From an uncultured Ectothiorhodospiraceae bacterium (GTDB taxonomy: Bacteria; Pseudomonadota; Gammaproteobacteria; Nitrococcales; Nitrococcaceae): a stretch of 64,000 bases of DNA. Made by a program: the position numbers and the translations under genes. Of this stretch, positions 43,247 through 53,836 are shown piece by piece; position 1 is the stretch's first letter, and every line of letters begins with the position of its first letter. Under the pieces are notes generated by a model. That model was not told where the DNA came from, searched no databases, and saw only the letters and a program-made list of their open reading frames with translations. The DNA lies in assembly GCA_913057145.1 (NCBI GenBank), contig CAJXNJ010000004.1, forward strand, positions 4,409-68,408, read 5' to 3'.

Positions 43247-43963
43247 TTAATTGAGAATACGCTTGAGAATACCGCGCAACAGATCCACTTCATCATCCGT
43301 CGGCCGTGCCCGGTTGAACAGATTGCGAAGCCGCCTCAGCATGACTTCTCTGGGTGCGCGCTCGGCGTAGCCGCTTTGCACAATCAACGCTTCCAACGCC
43401 TGATGCAGGCCCTCAAGCCGCGCTCCGGTGGCCGGCTCCGCGGCATCCGCTGCTGACAGCGATGCCTGCGACTCATCAGCCGTGGCCAGAAAGAGCTCAT
43501 AGGCCATGATCTGCACGGCGGCTGCAAGATTCAGTGCCGGATAATCGGGGTTGGCAGGAATGTGGACAAGACGATGGCAATGCGCCAGCTCATCGTTGGT
43601 AAGACCCGTGCGCTCACGACCAAAGAGCACCGATGCGCCGCCCGCCTCAGTCGCGACCAGGGCAGCTGCCTCCCGTGGCGTGAGAGCCGGCACGCCATCG
43701 CGCCGCGGCCTTGCCGTGAGCCCGAGTATCAGACGACTGTCGGCAAGCGCATCCGAGAGATCGGGGTAGGTCCTTGCCGCGTTGAGGACATCATCGGCAT
43801 TGGCTGCCATGGCCTGCGCCTGTGCATCCACCGTACACTCCAGCGCCACCAGATCGAGTCCGGTTAATGCCATGGTTTTCATCGCTCTGGCGGTCGCTCC
43901 GAGATTACCCGGATGACTCGTTCCTACCAGAACAAAGCGAATGCCTGCTCTTGAGTCGTTCAT
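43247..43963 (-). CDS. trmJ: tRNA (C32/U32) 2'-O-methyltransferase TrmJ
   Basis: TSHPGNLGATARAMKTM, FGRERTGLTNDEL, IPANPDYPALNLA. Confidence 0.94.
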   Translation of the reverse strand: MNDSRAGIRFVLVGTSHPGNLGATARAMKTMALTGLDLVALECTVDAQAQAMAANADDVLNAARTYPDLSDALADSRLILGLTARPRRDGVPALTPREAAALVATEAGGASVLFGRERTGLTNDELAHCHRLVHIPANPDYPALNLAAAVQIMAYELFLATADESQASLSAADAAEPATGARLEGLHQALEALIVQSGYAERAPREVMLRRLRNLFNRARPTDDEVDLLRGILKRILN

Positions 43964-44069
43964 GAATGTCTGGCCTCTCCCTGCAGCTTGAACCTGTTAT
44001 GATAGAGCGAAGTTTTGAATTCTACGGCATGCGGCACAGGCTGCAGCCCCGATCTCAGGAATCCGCTTC

Positions 44070-44867
44070 ATGCACCCGATGATTAACGTTGCCGTGCGCG
44101 CTGCGCGCAGCGCCGGGAATATCATTGTCCGTCACATTGACCGCCTTGACCGTATCCAGGTTGAGAACAAAGGCTTGAACGATTACGTCAGCGATGTTGA
44201 TCGCATGGCCGAGGATGAGATCCGCGCCACGCTCTCGCAGGCTTACCCGGATCACGCCATCATCGGCGAGGAGCACGGCGGGACAGAAGACCGGGACTAT
44301 GTCTGGCTGATCGACCCGCTGGATGGCACGCATAATTATCTACGCGGCTTCCCGCACTATTGCGTCTCTATCACCCTGAAATATCGCGGGGCACTGGAGG
44401 CCGGGGTGATTTACGATCCGATCCGCCAGGAGCTCTGGACCGCCAAACGAGGCGGAGGCTGTGTTTTTGAAGGACGCCGCATGCGCATGCCAACACGCCA
44501 GAGCATCGATGGCGCGCTCCTCGGGACGGGCTTTCCCCTGCGCAACGATCGCTATCATGACGCTTATCTGGGCATGTTCGGCGATATCTTCCGTCGGGCC
44601 GGTGACCTTCGCCGCGCCGGCTCAGCCGCACTGGATCTGGCCTATGTCGCCAGTGGGCGGCTCGATGGCTTCTGGGAGGTAGGACTGAGCCCCTGGGACA
44701 TGGGCGCCGGCGCGCTCATGATTCGCGAGGCGGGCGGTATCGTTGGTGATTTTGCCGGCGGCGACCGCTATCTCGAGACCGGCAACATTATTGCCGGCAG
44801 CCCCAAGGTCTTTGCTGATCTTGTCCGCACCATCGCCCCCCACCGAGTCGAGGGTATCCGCGCCTGA
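44070..44867 (+). CDS. suhB: Inositol monophosphatase / Nus factor SuhB
   Basis: MHPMINVAVRAARSAG, WLIDPLDGT, RRAGSAALDLAYVA, WDMGAG. Confidence 0.96.
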   Translation: MHPMINVAVRAARSAGNIIVRHIDRLDRIQVENKGLNDYVSDVDRMAEDEIRATLSQAYPDHAIIGEEHGGTEDRDYVWLIDPLDGTHNYLRGFPHYCVSITLKYRGALEAGVIYDPIRQELWTAKRGGGCVFEGRRMRMPTRQSIDGALLGTGFPLRNDRYHDAYLGMFGDIFRRAGDLRRAGSAALDLAYVASGRLDGFWEVGLSPWDMGAGALMIREAGGIVGDFAGGDRYLETGNIIAGSPKVFADLVRTIAPHRVEGIRA

Positions 44868-44875
44868 CCAGCCGC

Positions 44876-45688
44876 TCAGGCGACTTCGCGCTGTGGTGAG
44901 ACATCCGCGCAGGTCTTCAGCGACTCGCGCACATCACTCCAGCGCAACAGCTCAAGCTCACCGCTGTGCGATTCCACCAGAGCGGTGCAACTCTCAACCC
45001 AATCCCCATCATTGCAGTAGAGCACATCGCTGCGCTCGGTGATTTCGGCGTGATGGATGTGTCCACAGACCAGTCCATCAACACCGGCCTCTTTGGCCTC
45101 ATGCACCAGCGCCTCTTCGTAATTGGCGATGTACTGCATGACATTCTTGGTGCGATTTTTCAGATGCGCAGCCAGTGACCAGTAGGGCTGATTGAACGCC
45201 TGGCGGATGCGATTGACCCAGTGATTCGCCCGAATCAGCCAGGCGTACATGCGATTGCCCAGCATCGCCACCAAGCGACTGCATTGAACGACCGTATCGA
45301 ACTCATCGCCATGAAGAACCAGTAGACGACGGCCATCGGCACACTCATGGATTGCCCGCAGTTCGATGCTCACGCCCTCGATGGACATCCCCGCATAGGC
45401 ACGCATCATCTCATCATGGTTACCCGGGATATAAATGACCCGGGTGCCATTGCGGGCACGCATGAGAATATTCTGGATGACAGCATTGTGGGAATCCGGC
45501 CAACGCAGGCCGCGCCGGCGCATCTCCCAGATATCGAGAATGTCGCCAACGAGATAGAGCGTTTCACACTCAACGGATTCCAGAAAATCGAGCAGGTAGT
45601 CGGCACGCGCGCCGCGAAAACCGAGATGGGTGTCAGAGATGAAAATACTGCGGTAGCGAAGCGGTCGAAGCAGCTGGACTTCGGTCAT
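44876..45688 (-). CDS. Calcineurin-like metallophosphoesterase, PlcP/LpxH2 family (probable phospholipase C)
   Basis: YRSIFISDTHLG, LYLVGDILD, PGNHD, HGDEFD, CGHIHH, YCNDGDWVESCTA. Confidence 0.85.
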   Translation of the reverse strand: MTEVQLLRPLRYRSIFISDTHLGFRGARADYLLDFLESVECETLYLVGDILDIWEMRRRGLRWPDSHNAVIQNILMRARNGTRVIYIPGNHDEMMRAYAGMSIEGVSIELRAIHECADGRRLLVLHGDEFDTVVQCSRLVAMLGNRMYAWLIRANHWVNRIRQAFNQPYWSLAAHLKNRTKNVMQYIANYEEALVHEAKEAGVDGLVCGHIHHAEITERSDVLYCNDGDWVESCTALVESHSGELELLRWSDVRESLKTCADVSPQREVA

Positions 45689-45718
45689 ATCGGACTTCCG
45701 GTGGCCAGGTTTCTCCAA

Positions 45719-45752
45719 AGCCTACTGACTGTTTGTGAAAAACTGATGACGC
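45719..45752 (-). promoter_or_regulatory. Putative Pho box plus -10 element
   Basis: GCGTCAT-CAGT-TTTTCAC (45752-45735), exactly 10 bp, then TAGGCT (45724-45719). Confidence 0.7.
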
Positions 45753-45757
45753 CCGGG

Positions 45758-46693
45758 TCAGGGGCGCTCTTCCTCGAGATCCTCTCCTTCTTTGGGCGGT
45801 GGAATGAGGTCCTCCTTGCTGACACCCAGGGCCAGAGCCGCAGAGCTGGCAACAAAGATCGAGGAGTATGTTCCCACCAGCACCCCGATAATTAATGCGA
45901 GTGCAAATCCGCGAATGAGTTCCCCACCGAGGGTAAAAAGGGCGATCAGCACGAGCAGCGTGGTCAGACTCGTCACCAGGGTCCGCGGCAGCATTTGATT
46001 AATCGACCGATCGGTCACCTCAACCGCGGTACCCTTTCGCATCCGAATGAAGTTCTCGCGAATTCGATCAAAGACCACAATGGTGTCATTGAGCGAATAG
46101 CCGATCACCGCCAGCAGGGCGGCGAGTACGGTGAGGTCGAACTGCAGACCGATACCGGCAAAGATGCCAATGGTCACGATCACATCATGCAGGACGGCTG
46201 AAACCGCCCCGATGGCAAACCGGTATTCAAATCGAAACGCCACATAAATCAGGATCCCGCCAAGGGCATAAAGCAGAGCCAGCCCGCCTTTCTCCGCCAG
46301 CTCCTCACCAATCTGCGGCCCGACAAATTCCACGCGGCGCAGCTCCGCTTCCGGATTGGCGGCCTGGAGCGCTGCCAACACGGCATTACTGAGTGCATCC
46401 CCCTCACCGGCATCCGGCCCTAAGCGAATGAGAATATCCCGCGCCGTGCCAAAGGTCTGCACCACAGCCCCGTCAAAACCGCCGGCATCCAGCGTCTCGC
46501 GCACCTCGGCAAGGTCCACGGCCTGCGGGTAGCCCACTTCAACCAGGGTACCGCCGGTGAAATCCAAACCCAGATTGAGCCCGCGAAAAACCAGAAAGGC
46601 CAGGGCCGCAGCCACCAACAACGCAGTAAAAATGGCCGCATGAAGCCGATAGGCCATGAAATTGATTCGGGTCTCGCGTTTGAAAAAATCCAC
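45758..46693 (-). CDS. secF: Protein translocase subunit SecF
   Basis: LNLGLDFTGG, VGPQIGEEL, HDV, GYSLNDTIVVFDRIREN; GTG start. Confidence 0.97.
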   Translation of the reverse strand: MDFFKRETRINFMAYRLHAAIFTALLVAAALAFLVFRGLNLGLDFTGGTLVEVGYPQAVDLAEVRETLDAGGFDGAVVQTFGTARDILIRLGPDAGEGDALSNAVLAALQAANPEAELRRVEFVGPQIGEELAEKGGLALLYALGGILIYVAFRFEYRFAIGAVSAVLHDVIVTIGIFAGIGLQFDLTVLAALLAVIGYSLNDTIVVFDRIRENFIRMRKGTAVEVTDRSINQMLPRTLVTSLTTLLVLIALFTLGGELIRGFALALIIGVLVGTYSSIFVASSAALALGVSKEDLIPPPKEGEDLEEERP

Positions 46694-46702
46694 GCCGACT
46701 CC

Positions 46703-48559
46703 CTAGATGGCCAGACGAACGCCGCGGCGTCCGCCGTAGATGAAGTTAACGATGGCACGCGTGCCAAGGATGGCTGTAAACATGGAGCTGAGAATGCCAA
46801 TCGAGAGTGTCACTGCGAACCCTTTGACCGGGCCGGTACCAAAGGCGAAAAGCACCAACGCAGCGATCAGCGTTGTGATATTGGCATCTGCAATCGTCGA
46901 TAGCGCTTTGCCGTAGCCGCCTTCGATGGCCTGCTGGGTACTGCTGCCGGCGCGCAGTTCTTCACGAATCCGCTCGAAGATCAGCACATTCGCATCCACC
47001 GCCATGCCCACAGTGAGCACAATGCCGGCAATACCCGGCAGCGTCAGCGTTGCCTGCAGAATCGACAGGACAGCAACAATCAGAATCAGGTTGGCGAACA
47101 GAGCGAGATTGGCGATCAGGCCGAAGACCTTGTAGTAGACCGCCATGAACACAACCACCAGTGCGAATCCGAGCAGCACCGCCGCCATGCCCTGGTCGAT
47201 ATTCTCCTGCCCGAGGCTCGGCCCGATGGTCCGTTCCTCGACAATCTGCATAGGTGCCGCCAGCGAGCCGGCACGAAGCAGTAGTGCCAGATTACGCGCC
47301 TCGAGCGAGCTGTCGAGCCCGGTAATCCGGAATCGACTGCCCAGCTGCTCCTGAATGCGCGCCACATTGATGACTTCCTCGACCTCAACCTGCTCGCGAA
47401 TGACTTCATCGCCAACGCGCCGGGCCTGCAGCTCGGTTTCCTTGAATACCACCGCCATGTGATCACCGACCCGATCACCGGTGACCCTGGCCATCACGCC
47501 GCCGCCACTGCCGCTCAACCGGATATTGACCTGCGACTGCCCGGTCTCGGTATCGATTCCCGACTGGGCGTCGGTAATCGCCTCGCCGGTAATAATCACT
47601 TCACGCTCAAGCAGCACAAAGCCTCCGCCGCGCTCCGGGAAACGTTCGGTCCCGGGCGGCACCGGCTCACTCTCATCGCCAAAGTAAGGGAAGTTGCCCT
47701 CATCGACCATGCGGAACTCAAGCGTGGCCGTGGCGCCAATAATATCCTTGGCCCTGGCCGTATCCTGAACCCCGGGCAGCTGGACGACGATGCGATCCGC
47801 TCCCTGCCTTTGGATAACCGGTTCGGCGACACCGAGCTCGTTCACGCGATTGCGCAGCGTGGTGATGTTCTGCTCGATGGCGAAATTGCGAATCTCGCGC
47901 AGTTCATCCTCAGTGATCTCGGCACTGAGCGTCGCCGCCTGGTCGGATTCCGAGGCCTCAAAAGCAAGCTCGAGGTAATCGGCGCTCAGCAACTCAAGCG
48001 CTGCATCCCGCGTCACCTCATCGATGAACGCAATATCAAGCCCCGTTTCCTGCGGCCGGATATCCCGATAGCGCAGATCAGCCTCACGCAGAGCGCGCCT
48101 GAACTCATCGCGATACCGCTCAACAGCCTGCTCGACAACCGCATCCATATCGACCTGCATGAGAAAGTGAACACCTCCCCGCAGATCAAGACCCAGATAC
48201 ATCGGCTCAGCCCCGAGCTCTCGTAACCAGGCGGGCGTTGCCGGCGCCAGATTGAGCGCCACGGTGTAATCACGCCCCAGCGCCACATCCAACTCATCGG
48301 CGGCCCGGACCTGCGCCTCGTTACTGCGCAGGCGCACCAGCAGATGGTTGTCAGTGGCTTCCGTGCCACGCACGGCAATCTCACGGGCTGCAAGCAGCTC
48401 AGCAATCCGCTCCTGCGCCGTGGTATCCGGCGCCAGGCCATCAGCGGTGCTGATCTGCAGGGCCGGATCCTGGCCAAAGAGGTTGGGCAGCGCGTACAGA
48501 CTGCCTGCTGCGATCACCAGGACAAGCAGCAGGTATTTCCAGAGCGGATAACGATTCAT
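46703..48559 (-). CDS. secD: Protein translocase subunit SecD
   Basis: LGLDLRGGVHF, RNRVNELGVAEP, IGPSLG, GMAVDANVLIFERIREE. Confidence 0.98.
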   Translation of the reverse strand: MNRYPLWKYLLLVLVIAAGSLYALPNLFGQDPALQISTADGLAPDTTAQERIAELLAAREIAVRGTEATDNHLLVRLRSNEAQVRAADELDVALGRDYTVALNLAPATPAWLRELGAEPMYLGLDLRGGVHFLMQVDMDAVVEQAVERYRDEFRRALREADLRYRDIRPQETGLDIAFIDEVTRDAALELLSADYLELAFEASESDQAATLSAEITEDELREIRNFAIEQNITTLRNRVNELGVAEPVIQRQGADRIVVQLPGVQDTARAKDIIGATATLEFRMVDEGNFPYFGDESEPVPPGTERFPERGGGFVLLEREVIITGEAITDAQSGIDTETGQSQVNIRLSGSGGGVMARVTGDRVGDHMAVVFKETELQARRVGDEVIREQVEVEEVINVARIQEQLGSRFRITGLDSSLEARNLALLLRAGSLAAPMQIVEERTIGPSLGQENIDQGMAAVLLGFALVVVFMAVYYKVFGLIANLALFANLILIVAVLSILQATLTLPGIAGIVLTVGMAVDANVLIFERIREELRAGSSTQQAIEGGYGKALSTIADANITTLIAALVLFAFGTGPVKGFAVTLSIGILSSMFTAILGTRAIVNFIYGGRRGVRLAI

Positions 48560-48574
48560 AAATCCGGAAGGCCC

Positions 48575-48979
48575 TTATTTCGACTTCTTGCTGTCTTTGC
48601 CTTCCTTCGCGTTCTTCTCGCCGGCCTCATCTTTGCCGGCCGCTTCTGCCTTCTCCAGGTTCCCCTTCATCGATCCCTTGGGCAGAACCTGGGCAACCGC
48701 GGCTTTCTGCAGTCGCACCTCCATGCCCTCACCGAGCTCCACGTTGGCGTAGGTATCACCAACATCGGTAATGCGGCCGACGATCCCGCCGGTGGTGAGG
48801 ACTTCATCGCCCTTGGCGAGATTGGCCACGAGCTGCTTGTGTTCCTTGGCGCGTTTCTGCTGCGGGCGAATGAGCAGGAAATAGAAAATCGCAATCAGTG
48901 CGATGGGGAAAAGCAGACCGGTAATTCCGGCGGCTGGTTCGCCACCCTGGGCCATGGCTGTGCTGATGAAAAAATCCAT
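48575..48979 (-). CDS. yajC: Preprotein translocase subunit YajC
   Basis: FYFLLIRPQQKRAKEH, KGDEVLTTGGIVG, VLPKG. Confidence 0.96.
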   Translation of the reverse strand: MDFFISTAMAQGGEPAAGITGLLFPIALIAIFYFLLIRPQQKRAKEHKQLVANLAKGDEVLTTGGIVGRITDVGDTYANVELGEGMEVRLQKAAVAQVLPKGSMKGNLEKAEAAGKDEAGEKNAKEGKDSKKSK

Positions 48980-49008
48980 GATCATCCCTCTCAATTAAAA
49001 GCTCGGCA

Positions 49009-51167
<2,159 letters not shown>

Positions 51168-51194
51168 TGATTACTGCTATACTCTCGCAACATT

Positions 51195-51281
51195 GCCGGG
51201 GTGGCGGAACTGGTAGACGCGCCGGATTCAAAATCCGGTTCTCGCAAGAGAGTGCGGGTTCGATTCCCGCTCCCGGCACCA
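51195..51281 (+). tRNA. tRNA-Leu (CAA)
   Basis: GCCGGGGTGGCGGAACTGGTAGACGCGCCGGATTCAAAATCCGG...TCCCGGCACCA; TGcTATACT extended -10 at 51175-51183. Confidence 0.97.
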
Positions 51282-51298
51282 TCCAGTGGTTACATCAA

Positions 51299-51451
51299 TC
51301 AGTTATCCCGATCGGCCGTATTTTCAAGAACCCGGCCTGCCGCCTGGATATCCTTGCCCAACCCTTCCATGGTGTTGCAGCCGAGCAGCGGAACCGCCAC
51401 CAGAAGCAGAAAAACCGCGAGAAAAATTCGATGCAATGCGCGCTTTTGCAT
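51299..51451 (-). CDS. Entericidin A/B family lipoprotein
   Basis: Signal peptide plus LLGC-NTMEGLGKDIQAAG, the entericidin signature; 50 aa. Confidence 0.9.
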   Translation of the reverse strand: MQKRALHRIFLAVFLLLVAVPLLGCNTMEGLGKDIQAAGRVLENTADRDN

Positions 51452-51563
51452 GTTGCCTGACACCACCTGTCGTGAACGTGAGGCCTGCATCATAGCAACC
51501 CTGAGCCCCAATGTGGCACCGGCTGGCGGCATAATGCTAGACTCCGCGCTGTCGTTGAATTGT

Positions 51564-51639
<76 letters not shown>

Positions 51640-51667
51640 CCCTTTCCTCGTATCCGTCAGAACCACC

Positions 51668-51744
51668 GCCCCGGTAGCTCAGCTGGATAGAGCAATCGCC
51701 TCCTAAGCGATAGGTCGCAGGTTCGAATCCTGCCCGGGGCACCA
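51668..51744 (+). tRNA. tRNA-Arg (CCT)
   Basis: GCCCCGGTAGCTCAGCTGGATAGAGCA-ATCGC-CTCCTAA-GCGAT...CGGGGCACCA. Confidence 0.96.
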
Positions 51745-51755
51745 GCCACAAGCCT

Positions 51756-52337
51756 TTATTCGGACTTTCCCTCGGCGCTGCTGCCGCCCTGCTGACCGGA
51801 TTTCATCCAGCCCATGGGCAGATCCAGCTTCCATTCCGCCTGTTGGCTGTTTGCAGCCATGAGCCGCAGGATTTCGTGTGCATGCGGCCGGGTGAGTGCC
51901 AATCCGGCAACCGGCGCTGGTTCAAAACGCTTATCCGGCTCCCCCGGCAGGGGCTGGCCCATCATCGCCACCACAATTCCTTCACCCTGCGCTTCCACCC
52001 GCGCCTCGGTGATCAGATAGTGCATCCACTGTTGCGGTTTGGCGACCGCGGATTCCTCACCGGATTGCTCCTGGCCACGCTGCGCGGCCACCTGAGAGCG
52101 GGCACCGATATGCTCGAGTGCCATGACCGTATCGTGGGCCTCCTCGCCCTCGCCGGCCGGATGACTCTTCTTGAGCACGGTGTTGATGTGGTTCATCAGC
52201 CCGCTCAAGGCACGGCGGGAAAGCCAGGCCACACGACCTTCCCCCGAGGCCATGGTCAACATGATCGCCAGGCGATCCTCAAGCCCGGAGTAGCCAAAAC
52301 GGATCTGATGGACCCGCGGAAAACTCAGTTCACTCAT
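51756..52337 (-). CDS. Hypothetical protein (193 aa)
   Basis: ATG 14 bp after the der stop, same strand; N-terminal QI..GY...EDRL...WLSRR pattern; no function assignable. Confidence 0.8.
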   Translation of the reverse strand: MSELSFPRVHQIRFGYSGLEDRLAIMLTMASGEGRVAWLSRRALSGLMNHINTVLKKSHPAGEGEEAHDTVMALEHIGARSQVAAQRGQEQSGEESAVAKPQQWMHYLITEARVEAQGEGIVVAMMGQPLPGEPDKRFEPAPVAGLALTRPHAHEILRLMAANSQQAEWKLDLPMGWMKSGQQGGSSAEGKSE

Positions 52338-52351
52338 GCTCGTCTCAAAGC

Positions 52352-53791
52352 CTATTTCCGATTGCGTTTTATCATTCGCTCACGCTTTCTCTGCTGCCGG
52401 GGCGTGAGTTTATTACGACGGCCTGCAAATGGGTTATCCCCGGTCCGCAGTTCCAGTCGCACCGGTGTTCCCCAAAGATCGAATTCGCGACGGAACCGAT
52501 TGACCAGATAGCGTCGGTAGGCCCCGGGCAATGATGCCGTCTGATTGCCATGCACCACGATGGTTGGCGGATTGCGACCGCCCTGATGAGCATAACGCAG
52601 TTTGATGCGACGCCCACGTACCAGCGGTGGCTGATGGGCCTGCACGGCCTCGGCGAGGACTTCGTTCAATGCCGGGGTAGGGAGTTCGCGACGTGCCGCA
52701 CTGTGAACCTGAACCACCTCTTCGAGCAGTCGGCCGACACCCGTGCCATGCAGCGCGGAGATGAACCGCGGCCGGGCAAAATCCAGAAAACCCAGCTTCA
52801 CATCCAGCTCTCGGCGAATCCGCTCACGGGCATCCGGCTGCAGGCCATCCCATTTATTCACCGCCAGCACGAGACCGCGACCGGCTTCGATGACATGGCC
52901 GATCAAATGCGCATCCTGCTCGGAGATCTCAAGGCGCGCATCAAGCACCATAATCACGACCTGGGCGGCCTCTATGGCCTGCAGTGTCTTAACGACGCTG
53001 AATTTCTCGATGGTCTCTTTGACGCGGGCCCGGCGTCGAACGCCGGCGGTGTCAATCAACTCAAAGGCCTGTCCGTCACGCTCAAAAGGCACATGAATGG
53101 CGTCCCGCGTGGTCCCCGGCATGTCGTAGACCAGCACCCGCTCCTCACCAATCAAACGATTAACAAGCGTTGACTTACCCACATTGGGCCGGCCGACGAT
53201 GGCAACAGCAATCGCCGGGTCGGCCTCGGCAACCTCCTGCGGTGCCTCGGCCTGGTCATCCTCGATGGATTGATCCTGGGCTTCGAGCATGGACTCGGGC
53301 AGCAGGGTCGAGAGCACAGCATCCATCAGCTGGCGCACACCCCGGCCCTGGCGGGCAGCAATCGGCCAGGGTCTATCAAGGGCCAGCGCATGAAAATCGG
53401 CGGCCGCCATATCCGGGTCAACCCCGTCCACCTTGTTCATGACCAGCCAGACGCGCTTGCCACGCTGACGCAGTTCATGAGTCAGCGCCTCGTCTCCCGG
53501 CGTTACACCAACCTGCGCATCCACCAAAAAGAGAATCGCATCCGCCTCATCAAGTGCCCGCAGTGCCTGGCGCTGCATGTGATGGTAAGTCACATCATCC
53601 GGCTCACCCAGCCCACCGGTATCAACCACCACATACGGGGCCGGCCCGATCCGCCCCATGCCGTATTGCCGATCCCGGGTCAGTCCCGGGAAATCAGCCA
53701 CCAGCGCATCACGCGTTCGGGTGAGACGGTTGAACAATGTGGACTTACCGACATTCGGCCGGCCGACCAGAGCGATCACGGGTTGTTCCAT
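52352..53791 (-). CDS. der: Ribosome biogenesis GTPase Der
   Basis: Two [10 protein letters not shown]-loops, DTGG/DTAG, NKVD/NKWD, C-terminal KH-like domain; start set at ATG 53791. Confidence 0.98.
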   Translation of the reverse strand: MEQPVIALVGRPNVGKSTLFNRLTRTRDALVADFPGLTRDRQYGMGRIGPAPYVVVDTGGLGEPDDVTYHHMQRQALRALDEADAILFLVDAQVGVTPGDEALTHELRQRGKRVWLVMNKVDGVDPDMAAADFHALALDRPWPIAARQGRGVRQLMDAVLSTLLPESMLEAQDQSIEDDQAEAPQEVAEADPAIAVAIVGRPNVGKSTLVNRLIGEERVLVYDMPGTTRDAIHVPFERDGQAFELIDTAGVRRRARVKETIEKFSVVKTLQAIEAAQVVIMVLDARLEISEQDAHLIGHVIEAGRGLVLAVNKWDGLQPDARERIRRELDVKLGFLDFARPRFISALHGTGVGRLLEEVVQVHSAARRELPTPALNEVLAEAVQAHQPPLVRGRRIKLRYAHQGGRNPPTIVVHGNQTASLPGAYRRYLVNRFRREFDLWGTPVRLELRTGDNPFAGRRNKLTPRQQRKRERMIKRNRK

Positions 53792-53836
53792 GGCGCAGAT
53801 GATAGCAGTTGACGGGAAAACCCGCCCCGGCAATCC

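Noticed and set aside
51514-51531. TGGCAC upstream of tRNA-Ala as a sigma54 promoter
   Set aside because: GG-N10-GC spacing is not met; a sigma70 TGc-TAGACT at 51535-51543 fits better
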